Both the position numbers and the translations under genes were made by a program. A model generated the notes under the pieces. It was given only the letters and a program-made list of their open reading frames with translations. It was not told the DNA's origin and did not search any database. From an uncultured Pseudomonadota bacterium (GTDB lineage Bacteria; Myxococcota_A; Polyangia; Fen-1088), in the NCBI GenBank assembly GCA_963847705.1, contig CAWKBC010000030.1, forward strand, positions 224,001-288,000: a stretch of 64,000 nucleotides of DNA, read 5' to 3'. Below are positions 43,524-52,227 of the stretch, piece after piece; the stretch's first letter is position 1, and each line of letters opens with the position of its first letter.

Positions 43524-46474
43524 AGCGGAAACGACGCCCCCACCAGCTTGACCAGCGGCGCCGGCTCGGGACGCACCACCAGATGCCCGCGCCAGGCGCG
43601 CACCAGATCGCGCACGATCGCCAGGCCCCGCCCGCTCTCGCGCGCCTCGATCGACTCCAGCGTCAACGCCGCGGGCGCCGAGTCGCCGACCAGCAGCGTG
43701 ACCCACTGGCGCCCGGTCACGTCGCGCTCGCGATCCGCGCGGATGACCACCCGAGCCTCGGGCCTGCCGTCGACGGCGGCCTGGGCGTTGCGCAGGAGGT
43801 TGCTGAAGACGGCTGCCAGCGCGTCGAGCTCGACGGGAAAGTCGAGATCGAGATCGGCCAGGGAGAGACCGGGGGCGGCCCACCCGTGTCCCCCCTGTCG
43901 CCGCTCGGCCTCGACGGCGCCGACCCAGCGCGAGAGCGCCCCGGCGTCGAGGCGGGTGCGTGGGCCCATCTTCAGCAGGGCGTCGAGCGCGTCGGCGTGC
44001 AGGCCGCGCAGGCGGCGATCGATCGCGGCGAGCTCGTCGCGGCCGTCGCGCGGCGCGCGCGTGGCCAGGAGCTCGGCGCGGGCCAGCTCGCGGGTGAGCG
44101 CGCCGAAGACCGGCTCGCGCGCCAGCGGCCGCAGCGGCGCCCCCGCACCGCGCGCCGCCCGCACCAGGCGCTCGTAGATTCCGGTCACCACCAGCGAGGT
44201 GGGGCGTGGCTCGGTCAGCGCGCGGGCGATCTCCTCGGGGGCCACCCGCGGATCGAGCGCGGCGCCGATCACCCCGGCCCGGTGCTTGAGGACGTCGTGG
44301 CGCAGCTCGGCGACGGCGCCCGCCACCTCGGGGAAGAGAGCGGGCCGCTTGCGCAGCGCCGCCTCGACGGTCCGACCGCCCCAGCGGCGTCGGGCCAGGA
44401 GCGCGAGCGCCGTCAGCGCCAGCGCGAAGGCGGCCAGCTCCATGCGCCGCCGCCGCGCGCGCCGGGTCTCCTCGGCGGCGTGCCACGACTGGGAGAGCTC
44501 CCGCTCGGCAGCCTCGGCCGCCGGAATCCAGCTGTCCGCCGGGACCGGAGCTCTCGCGGCGAGGGCGAGCGCCTTGCCCACCCGCGTCCGGGCCGCGGCG
44601 GCGTCGCCTGTCGCGCTCGCCGGGAGCTCCAGCCGGGCCAGCGCCCACCAGGCTGCGGCGACATCGAGATTGGCCGCCTGCTCGAGCCTCCGGCGATCGA
44701 CCAGACGCAGCTCGCTGTCGGGGAGCCTGGCCGCCAGGCGCGCCAGCCGGACCAGCGCGCCGCGGTCTCCGGCGGCGCCGGCCATCTCGTAGCAGTCGCG
44801 CGCCGCGGCTCGCTGATCGGCGTATTCGTAGACCATCCCGATCGCCACCAGCCGCTCGGTCGGCAGCTCGCGCGTGCAGGTCCCCCCGAGCGCGCGCAGC
44901 GCCGCGTCCGGTCGATCTTCGATCAATCGAATGCGGGCCAGCAGGCGAGGAGCGAGGTGCGCGTCGTCGCTGCGTCCGTCGCGTTCCGAGGGGTCGGTCT
45001 TCTCGCCGAGCCCGGCGCGGAGCGCGCGTGCCTCGGCCAGGTGCTCCGGGTTGGGCTCGCGCGCCACGTAGGCGACCAGATCCGCCAGCGCACCGGCGCG
45101 GTCGCCCGCCACGGCGCGGGTGGCCGCCCGCGCGAACCGCGCCTCCTGCACGTCGAGCGCCACGGCACGATCGATCCAGGGGGCCACCAGCGCGTCGCTG
45201 TCGGCCACCAGCGGGCCGGTTTTGTCGGCCTGGTCCGTCTTGTCGACCTTGCCCAGCTTGCGCACCCCGTCGGCCAGCATCCACAGCCCGGGGCCGTCGT
45301 CGTGGAGCGCATCGATCGTCGCCTGCGGCACGGTGCCGCCGAGCGCGTAGAGCGACACCGCGGCGGCGGCGAAGCCGGGCGAATCGGCCAGGGCCGCTTC
45401 GACCAGGTCGCGCCCCATGCCGATCGGATCGCCGACGTCGATCCACTCCTCGGCCTGCTGATAGAGGGCGCGCGCGTGCTCCGAGGGCGCGGCGCCTCGC
45501 GGCGCAGGCGCGCTGACCACGGCGCGCCGGCGGGCGATCTGGGCGCGCAGCTCGCGCAGATCCGACCAGGCCGGCTCGAGCGTGAGCGCCTGGCGCAGGG
45601 CCTCGTCGGCGCGATCGAGCTCCAGCGCCCCGCCGTGCGCGGCGAGCAGCCGCCCGAGCGCGCGCCAGGCCTCGGCGTTCGACGGCGCCAGGTTGACGGC
45701 GATCTCCAGATCTCGAATCGCGTCGTCGACCCGCTCGGCCGCCTCGAAGCGCTCCGCCTCCGCCGCCAGCCGCCGGGCCGTCGCGGGCGCGGGCGCCGGC
45801 CAGTCCTCGAGCGCGCGGGCCCGCTCGTCGAGGGCGATGGTGTCGAGCAGATCGAGCACCCGCTTGCGCTGCGCGCGCGACAGCGGCGGCGCCTCCGGGG
45901 CCAGCAGCGGTTGCAGCCGGGCCCGCGCCGCGGCCGTCCGCCCGACCGCCCGCTCGAACCCGGCCAGGCCGAGCAGCAGGTTGAAGCGCCCCTTGCGATC
46001 GTCCTTCAGCGCCTCCAGCCCCTTGTCGAGGAAGGCGACCACGGCGTCGCGCCGTTCCCAGCGCGCCGGATCCTCCGCCAGCAGGTCGGCCAGGTTCACG
46101 TAGGCGTAGTAGCGGCGCGGGTCTTTTTCGATCGCGCCGCGCAGGACCGCCTCCGCCTCGGCGCGGCGCCCCGCGCGCCCGAGCGCGAACCCCAGATCGG
46201 TCGCCAGCGCCGCGTTTCCCGGCTCGCGCGCGGCGGCCTTGGCGAAGAGCTCCGCCGCCTCGGCGTAGCTCCCCGCGCGCAGCCGCGCCATCGCCTGCGC
46301 GTGCTCGCCGCGCAGCGCCGCGCGCGCGTTGGCCGGCGCCAGCGACGGTGCGGCGGATTTGGAGGGAACCAGAGGTACGGGGGGCGCTTCCGTCGACGGC
46401 GGCGCGGTGCCGCCATCGAGCGCCCCGAGCGCCAGAACGACGGCCGTCGTCACCGCGCCGAGCGCCGCGATCAC
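43520..46474 (-). CDS. Large extracytoplasmic-TPR membrane protein with atypical histidine-kinase module
   Basis: GTGA overlap; signal-like N-terminus, many TPRs, one TM (MELAAFALALTALALLA), ELRHDVLK H-box, NLLRNA N-box, VGDSAP (degenerate G1), SGRGLAIV (G2). Confidence 0.78.
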   Translation of the reverse strand: MIAALGAVTTAVVLALGALDGGTAPPSTEAPPVPLVPSKSAAPSLAPANARAALRGEHAQAMARLRAGSYAEAAELFAKAAAREPGNAALATDLGFALGRAGRRAEAEAVLRGAIEKDPRRYYAYVNLADLLAEDPARWERRDAVVAFLDKGLEALKDDRKGRFNLLLGLAGFERAVGRTAAARARLQPLLAPEAPPLSRAQRKRVLDLLDTIALDERARALEDWPAPAPATARRLAAEAERFEAAERVDDAIRDLEIAVNLAPSNAEAWRALGRLLAAHGGALELDRADEALRQALTLEPAWSDLRELRAQIARRRAVVSAPAPRGAAPSEHARALYQQAEEWIDVGDPIGMGRDLVEAALADSPGFAAAAVSLYALGGTVPQATIDALHDDGPGLWMLADGVRKLGKVDKTDQADKTGPLVADSDALVAPWIDRAVALDVQEARFARAATRAVAGDRAGALADLVAYVAREPNPEHLAEARALRAGLGEKTDPSERDGRSDDAHLAPRLLARIRLIEDRPDAALRALGGTCTRELPTERLVAIGMVYEYADQRAAARDCYEMAGAAGDRGALVRLARLAARLPDSELRLVDRRRLEQAANLDVAAAWWALARLELPASATGDAAAARTRVGKALALAARAPVPADSWIPAAEAAERELSQSWHAAEETRRARRRRMELAAFALALTALALLARRRWGGRTVEAALRKRPALFPEVAGAVAELRHDVLKHRAGVIGAALDPRVAPEEIARALTEPRPTSLVVTGIYERLVRAARGAGAPLRPLAREPVFGALTRELARAELLATRAPRDGRDELAAIDRRLRGLHADALDALLKMGPRTRLDAGALSRWVGAVEAERRQGGHGWAAPGLSLADLDLDFPVELDALAAVFSNLLRNAQAAVDGRPEARVVIRADRERDVTGRQWVTLLVGDSAPAALTLESIEARESGRGLAIVRDLVRAWRGHLVVRPEPAPLVKLVGASFPL

Positions 46475-48189
46475 CCGCGGGCTCCGCGCAGATCGCGCAG
46501 CCGCAGACCGAGCTGGTTGAGACGCAGGTGGACCTGTCGGGCGGCGCCGCGCGGGCCCAGGAGCTCGCGCGCCATCCGCTCGAGATCGCCGTCGCAGGCG
46601 TCGAACATCGCGCGCAGGTACTGCCGCTCCACGTCGGCCGACAGGCGCGCGAAGCTGGCGGCGGCGCCGATCGCCACCTCGACCCGGCGGACGCCGCCGC
46701 GCTGCGCCGCCGCCGAGGCGCGTGCCCTGGGGGTGGTCACCGCGCCGAGCAGGCGCGCGATCAGCGGGTCGGGGACGTCGAGCACCGCCGGGCCGCGCGC
46801 GGCCGTGGCCGCCGGCCCGGCGTCGAGATGCTGGGTGAGCGCGAAGACCAGCGCGTTGGCGGCGAAGAGCCGCAGCTCGCGGTGATTGCCGGGCCATTCG
46901 TGCGCCACCAGGCGCTCCAGCGCCTCCCGGCTGATGAAGACCGAGAAGGCGTCGCGCCGGGCGGCGGTGGCGCGCGGACGGCCGAACACCACGACGTTCT
47001 CGCCGTCGGCGAAGTCGTCAGGCGTCGGGAACCGGGCCAGGTAGGCGCGGGCCAGCGGCCGCAGCGGCTCCGAGCGCAGCGCCTCGAGAAACGCGAAGCG
47101 GACCAGGTCGGGGAGATCCTCGCGCCGCTCGCGCAGCGCCGGCACCCGCAGCCGCGTGGCCGGGTTGAGCCGCATGTAGAGATCGGCCCGGAAGCGCCCG
47201 GCGTGCACCAGCGCCTCGACGTCCTCGTGCGTGGCGGCCACCAGCTTGGGGGCGGCCGGCCGGGCCCGCGTGTCGCCGAGCCGCGTGACCGTGCCCCGCT
47301 CCAGCACCAGCAGGAGCTGCCGCTGCAGATCGAGCTCCAGGTTGGCGATCTCGTCGAGGAACAGCGTCCCGCCGTGCGCCTGTTCGAACACGCCGGCGTG
47401 ATCCTCGACGGCGCCGGTGTAGGCGCCGCGCCGCGCCCCGAACAGGTGCGCCGCCAGCAGCGCGGGCGGCACCGTCGACAGATCGGTCACCACCAGCGGC
47501 CCCTTGGCGCCCGAGCGTGGGTGGATCACGTGCTCCGCCAGGAAGCTCTTGCCGGTGCCGGTCTCACCCTCGACCAGGAGCGGCAGCGGTGACCGGACCA
47601 GCGTCTCGATCTGGCGCCGCAAGTCGGTCATGGCGGGCGCGCGCCCCCAGAAGATCGGTCCCTCCTGCGCGCTGTGCGACAGGGCCAGCGCGCGCGAGAT
47701 CTCGGCGGCCAGGCTGCGGCTGTCGACCACCTCGTTCTCGCACAGGTAGACCAGGGGATCGGCCGGCCGCTCGGCGCCGAGGTCGGAGCCGGTGGTGGTC
47801 AGCATGACCACCGGCAGCGTCGGATAGGTGGCCCGCAGCTTCTCCAGAATGAGCAGGCCCTGCCGGCGCCGCAGCTGCTCCAGCGCCGCGCGCCGCAGCT
47901 TGGCTTCGACCGGCAGCTCGGACTTGTCCTCGGGGAGCAGCCGCTCCTCCGGCAGCGCGAAGTGCAGATCGAGCACCACCAGATCGGGCAGCGCCGGCTG
48001 CCGCCCCAGCGCCTCGGCCGCCTCGGCGTAGTCGTGCGCGCAGCGCAGCGGGCAGCCGCGCGTCCGCTCCTCGCAGACCTGGCAGGGGATGCGGCGGTCG
48101 CAGCGGGTGACGGTCTCGAACTGCGGCATCTGCCGGTGGACCATCTCCACCGTCTGGTCGCGATCGTCGATCACCAGGAGACGCGGCAT
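46471..48189 (-). CDS. Sigma-54 enhancer-binding protein (NtrC-like) with Cys-rich insertion in the receiver
   Basis: LLVIDD, VVLDLHF, Walker A GETGTGKS, GAYTGA, LFLDEI, RFRADLYMRL, WPGNHRELR, Fis-like C-terminus. Confidence 0.92.
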   Translation of the reverse strand: MPRLLVIDDRDQTVEMVHRQMPQFETVTRCDRRIPCQVCEERTRGCPLRCAHDYAEAAEALGRQPALPDLVVLDLHFALPEERLLPEDKSELPVEAKLRRAALEQLRRRQGLLILEKLRATYPTLPVVMLTTTGSDLGAERPADPLVYLCENEVVDSRSLAAEISRALALSHSAQEGPIFWGRAPAMTDLRRQIETLVRSPLPLLVEGETGTGKSFLAEHVIHPRSGAKGPLVVTDLSTVPPALLAAHLFGARRGAYTGAVEDHAGVFEQAHGGTLFLDEIANLELDLQRQLLLVLERGTVTRLGDTRARPAAPKLVAATHEDVEALVHAGRFRADLYMRLNPATRLRVPALRERREDLPDLVRFAFLEALRSEPLRPLARAYLARFPTPDDFADGENVVVFGRPRATAARRDAFSVFISREALERLVAHEWPGNHRELRLFAANALVFALTQHLDAGPAATAARGPAVLDVPDPLIARLLGAVTTPRARASAAAQRGGVRRVEVAIGAAASFARLSADVERQYLRAMFDACDGDLERMARELLGPRGAARQVHLRLNQLGLRLRDLRGARG

Positions 48190-48191
48190 CG

Positions 48192-48542
48192 TTACTTCCC
48201 TTCTCCCTGTTTCTCTTCCAAGGAGCGCGCCAACGCGTCGAAGGCGGGCTCCAGCGCCAGGACGCCGTCGACGTCGCCCGCCGCGCCCGCCGAGACGGCG
48301 CGGGTCAGCGCCGCTTCGAAGCGCCCGAGCGCGCCGCCGCTGGCCGCGCCGTGCGGCCCGTCGGCGGCGAGCGCGCGCCACAGAGCGTGCGGGGTGGTGG
48401 GGGCGCCTTCATCGTCGACGAGATGGGCGACCAGCTCGCCCGGGGCTGGCACACCGCCCAGGTCGCGCCGATCGCGCGCCGGCCAGACCAGCCGCTTGAC
48501 CAGATCGTGCCGGACGCGGGCCAGCCAGCGGTCGTTCTCCAC
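48192..48542 (-). CDS. Small helical protein with H-box-like motif (putative phosphotransfer protein)
   Basis: RVRHDLVK motif; ends 2 bp before the EBP start; TACAAT 7 nt before the GTG suggests a leaderless mRNA. Confidence 0.68.
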   Translation of the reverse strand: MENDRWLARVRHDLVKRLVWPARDRRDLGGVPAPGELVAHLVDDEGAPTTPHALWRALAADGPHGAASGGALGRFEAALTRAVSAGAAGDVDGVLALEPAFDALARSLEEKQGEGK

Positions 48543-48560
48543 GCTCTCGATTGTATAGAG

Positions 48561-48572
48561 TTAAATATTTAA
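48561..48572. promoter_or_regulatory. Perfect all-AT palindrome (candidate enhancer or bending site)
   Basis: TTAAATATTTAA in a GC-rich context, about 90 bp upstream of the predicted sigma-54 start site. Confidence 0.5.
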
Positions 48573-48630
48573 AAGGTAGAGCCACGGCTCGGGTGGGGCG
48601 CGGGGGGCTCGCTGGCGCGCGGGGCGGCCC

Positions 48631-48646
48631 CGGCACGGCGGCTGCA
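48631..48646 (+). promoter_or_regulatory. Sigma-54 -24/-12 promoter of the SPFH operon
   Basis: CGGCACGgcggCTGCA (consensus TGGCACG-N4-TTGCW), followed by AAGGAG RBS and ATG 48695. Confidence 0.72.
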
Positions 48647-48694
48647 ATTCGGACAGGCGTCGCCTTCTGACGTCCGTCGAACAAGGAGCCCGCC

Positions 48695-49981
48695 ATGGAA
48701 CCGTTCAAGCACCGCTTCAAACAGCTCGTCTTCAAGAGCTACGTCTTCACCCGCGCCGCCGGCGCCGCCGTCGTGCTGGGCTGCATCGAGGTCTTCGGCA
48801 GCCCGCGCGGCCGCCGCTACCTGGGCGGCGCCGCGCTGGTCGGCTGCGCGCTGCTGCTGGTGTTTCGCCCGCCCGTGCAGGTGGTCGCGCCCGGCGAGAT
48901 CGGCGTGCGCCTCAACCGCCTCACCGGCGGCGTCAGCGTGGTCCCTTCCGGGCCGACCTTGATGGTGCCGCTCGTTCACGAGCTGCGGCGCTATGACCTT
49001 CGCGATCAGGTTTACCGCCCGCAAGAGAGCGCCACCGCGGAGGGGGCGGCGCCGTTCCAGTCGCTCGAGGGGCTGTCGGTCGGGGTGGCGGTGACCGTGC
49101 GCTACGCGCTCGATCCGGCCCGCGTCGGTGAGGTGGCCAAGCGCCTGCCGGCCAACGTCGGCGCCGATCTGATCGAGCCGGTCGTCGACGGCGTCCTTCA
49201 CCACGCGCTGTCGCGGCACACGGTGCGCGAGATCTTCAGCGACAAGCGGGTCGAGATTCAGGACGACATCCAGGCGGAGCTGCGCGAGCTGCTCGGCAAG
49301 GATGGGATCACGGTCCGCTCCCTCTACCTCGGCCACATCGATCTGCCGGCGCAGTACCGCGCCGGCCTGGAGGGGATGCTCGCCGAGGAGCTGGCCAGCG
49401 AGAAGATGCGCTACACGCTGCAGCTCAAAGAGAAGAAGGTGAAGGAGTCGGAGCTGGAGGGCGACGCCGCCAAGGTGACGCGCGAGAGGGCTGCCGAGGC
49501 CGCCGCCTCCGAGGAGATCATCGCCGCCAAGGCGCGCGAGGAGGCGATGAAGCACGTGCTGCCGCTCAAGGAGAAGGAGATCGAGCAGCGGCGCCTGGAG
49601 GCCGAGGCGCGCAAGGTGCAGCGGATGAAGGACGCCGAGGGTGAGGCGGAGGCGCGCAAGATCGAGACGGTCGCCGAGGCCGACTCGCGCCGCAAGCTCT
49701 CCGACGCCGACGCTTACCGCATCGAGGTGACCGGCAAGGCCAACAACGCGCAGATGGCGCGCGAGTCGGCGCTCATCGCCAGGAACCCGCTGCTGATTCA
49801 GAAGACGCTGGCCGACAAGCTCTCCGACAAGATCCAGGTCATCGTGGCGCCGCCGTCGGCGGGCGGCTTCTTCGCGGGCGGCCTGCTCGGGATGCAGAGC
49901 CACACCGCCGGCGCGGCCACCTCACCCCCGGTCGCCGCCAACGTCACCCCGGCCAACGACAACGCCGCGGAGGGGGAGTAA
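48695..49981 (+). CDS. SPFH/band-7 (prohibitin/flotillin-like) membrane protein with long coiled coil
   Basis: VVAPGEIGVR, YDLRDQVY, QSLEGLSVGVAVTVRY, DGITVRSLYLGHIDLP, EA-rich coil, KLSDKIQVIV. Confidence 0.9.
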   Translation: MEPFKHRFKQLVFKSYVFTRAAGAAVVLGCIEVFGSPRGRRYLGGAALVGCALLLVFRPPVQVVAPGEIGVRLNRLTGGVSVVPSGPTLMVPLVHELRRYDLRDQVYRPQESATAEGAAPFQSLEGLSVGVAVTVRYALDPARVGEVAKRLPANVGADLIEPVVDGVLHHALSRHTVREIFSDKRVEIQDDIQAELRELLGKDGITVRSLYLGHIDLPAQYRAGLEGMLAEELASEKMRYTLQLKEKKVKESELEGDAAKVTRERAAEAAASEEIIAAKAREEAMKHVLPLKEKEIEQRRLEAEARKVQRMKDAEGEAEARKIETVAEADSRRKLSDADAYRIEVTGKANNAQMARESALIARNPLLIQKTLADKLSDKIQVIVAPPSAGGFFAGGLLGMQSHTAGAATSPPVAANVTPANDNAAEGE

Positions 49982-49983
49982 CC

Positions 49984-51432
49984 ATGACCCCCGCGGTCGT
50001 CTTGCTGGTCGCCCTGGTGGCGGAGGATCCGGCGGTCCTTCGCAACGCTCCCCGCGACAACGCCCCCGCGCAGGCCACCTTGTGGCGCGGGGACTGGCTG
50101 GAGGTGCGCGGCGAGAGCGCCGGGTTCCTCAAGGTCTACGACCACCGGCACGAGCGCCCCGGTTACCTGCGGCCCTCGCAGGTGCGGGAGTACCGGCTGG
50201 ATGAAAGCGCAGCGCCCGAGCTGGCCGCGGTCGTTCGCTTTCTGCGCGAGGCCAACGGCTCCGAGTCGCTGGGGATCGGGTATGCGGCGCTGGCGCTGCG
50301 GGCGGCGCCGGCCGGCACCGACACCAGCGAGCTCCTGGCCGCGATCGGCGGCATGGCCGACCGGCTGGCGCGGCGCGCTTCGGCGCGGCGGGCCGACGCC
50401 AGGGACGCCACGCTGGCGGCGCACGTCGCGGTCGCCGAGAGCTACGGCGTGAAGTTCGAGGTCACCGAACCGGAGGAGGTCGGCGGGCGCGCGCGGATCT
50501 GCTACGACGGCGAGGCCTGGGCGGCGGTGCTGGCGTCGCCCGTGGCGGCGCCGGCCGAGCGGGCCCGCGCGGCGCTGTTTCTCTCGGTGGACCCCTGCCG
50601 CGATCCGGTGCAACCGCCGGCCGAGGCACGGCTCTGGAACGATCGCCGCCTGCGGGCGCTGGAGACGGTCGACCTCGTGGCGGCGGGCGCGCTCCCCGCG
50701 TCGCTCGGGGGTCGGGTCCGGTTGCGCCACGCCGAGGCGCTGGCCTGGCGGGCGTTCGACGAGGCGAGGCAGGCCCACGCCGAGGCAGCATCGCGCGCCG
50801 AGGGGGCGGCGGTGCGGGAGCTGGCGCTCTGCGATCGCGGGGTGCTGGCGCCGGAGGATCTCGATCTCTACGACGAGACCGCGGTCCGCGTGGCTGCCTC
50901 GCGCTGGGCGGCCGAGACGCCACCCAAGGAGAAAGCGAGCCGCGCCCGCAAGACGGTCGTCTCCTTCGCGCCGCGCGCGCCCGGGGAGACCTGCGTCCGA
51001 CTGACCGACGGTGCGGCCGACAAGGCGCAGCTCCTGGGGGAGCGCTGCACGTTCGGCGTCGTCTGGCCGAGCGCGCTCCGCTGGGCCCCCTCGGGCGACC
51101 TCGCCACGCTGGCCGTTCAGCCGCTCCCTGCCTGGACGGAGCTCTGGGTCCTGCGCCGGGCCGCCGACGGCAGCTGGGGCTTCGACACCCTCACCGCCGC
51201 CGCGACCGATCCCGACGTCGGCTACGTCGAGTCAGCCGGGTTCTCACCCGACGGTGGCCGCCTGCTGGTCGTTCGCGAGGCCCGCGCCGCGGGCCACCTC
51301 TCCCGCCGGTTTCAGGTGCTGCTCACCGGGGCGCTCTCGGTCGAGACGTGGGCCAGCAGCGCCGACAAGCTGGTCGCCTTCAAGCGCTGGAGCGCCCCGT
51401 CCTGGCGGGCCGGCACGCTGGCGTTGAGGTAA
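49984..51432 (+). CDS. Hypothetical protein with N-terminal bacterial SH3-like domain, helical middle and beta-rich C-terminus
   Basis: 2-bp gap after SPFH; VLRNAP....ATLWRGDWLEVRGESAGFLKV...GYL is SH3b-like; C-terminal WAPSG and FSPDG strands. Confidence 0.7.
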   Translation: MTPAVVLLVALVAEDPAVLRNAPRDNAPAQATLWRGDWLEVRGESAGFLKVYDHRHERPGYLRPSQVREYRLDESAAPELAAVVRFLREANGSESLGIGYAALALRAAPAGTDTSELLAAIGGMADRLARRASARRADARDATLAAHVAVAESYGVKFEVTEPEEVGGRARICYDGEAWAAVLASPVAAPAERARAALFLSVDPCRDPVQPPAEARLWNDRRLRALETVDLVAAGALPASLGGRVRLRHAEALAWRAFDEARQAHAEAASRAEGAAVRELALCDRGVLAPEDLDLYDETAVRVAASRWAAETPPKEKASRARKTVVSFAPRAPGETCVRLTDGAADKAQLLGERCTFGVVWPSALRWAPSGDLATLAVQPLPAWTELWVLRRAADGSWGFDTLTAAATDPDVGYVESAGFSPDGGRLLVVREARAAGHLSRRFQVLLTGALSVETWASSADKLVAFKRWSAPSWRAGTLALR

Positions 51433-51704
51433 CGCCGTACGCACCGGCCTGGGTGAACGGCCGGGCGGACGATGAAGCCCGCCCCTCGCGCCGCTCGTGC
51501 GCGGTGACGACGCGGAAGATCTGGCCGGCGCCGTCGTTGACTCCAGCAGTCGCCATGTTTTCTCCCTAGGTATCGTTTCTGATGTGTGTGAAGCGCCCCT
51601 GGTTACACACCTGCTTTTTTCTGCGTCGAAAAACGAGACGGAAGAAGAGTCGGTCTTACAATGATTAAGTTCGAACGTGACTCAAGCGTGGTGAGGGACC
51701 GACG

Positions 51705-52208
51705 ATGCAATCAGTTATGAGCGACGTCGAAGCCTTGTTGAGCGTCGACGCCGGGCGCGTGCCGCCCGGGACGGTGGCATTTTTTGCGCGCGATCCGGAG
51801 CGGACCAAGCGGCGCGTCCTGGCGGTCTTTGCGGTGCTGGTGGGCAGCGCGGCGGTCGCCAGCCTGCTCGCCGGGCTGAGCCGGCCGCCGATCGCCCTCC
51901 TGGCGCTGGCGACCATTGGCCTGTTCGTCATGGCGCTGCCGCCCGAGCGCGATCCCGAGACGGCCGGACACAAGCGCGCGACGCTGGTGCTGACCCCGAA
52001 CGGAATGATCGTGCGCGACAACTCGGGCCTGCGGAGCTGGAGCTTCGACGACCTGGTCGACGTTCGGCCGTTTCTCCATCAGCAGCGGATCGGCCTGCTC
52101 ATCGCCCGGCGCGACGGCGGGCGGGAGTTCGTCGACACGCTGCTGTTCAAGCGGGGTGAGAAGGTCAACGAGCTGATCGGCCGCCGCCTCAAGCCGCGCG
52201 AGGCCTGA
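51705..52208 (+). CDS. Hypothetical membrane protein (two TMs, PH-like C-terminus)
   Basis: Two hydrophobic helices, then LVLTPNGMIV..WSFDDL; GAGGG RBS. Confidence 0.65.
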   Translation: MQSVMSDVEALLSVDAGRVPPGTVAFFARDPERTKRRVLAVFAVLVGSAAVASLLAGLSRPPIALLALATIGLFVMALPPERDPETAGHKRATLVLTPNGMIVRDNSGLRSWSFDDLVDVRPFLHQQRIGLLIARRDGGREFVDTLLFKRGEKVNELIGRRLKPREA

Positions 52209-52227
52209 CCCCACGCGGCGTCGCCCG

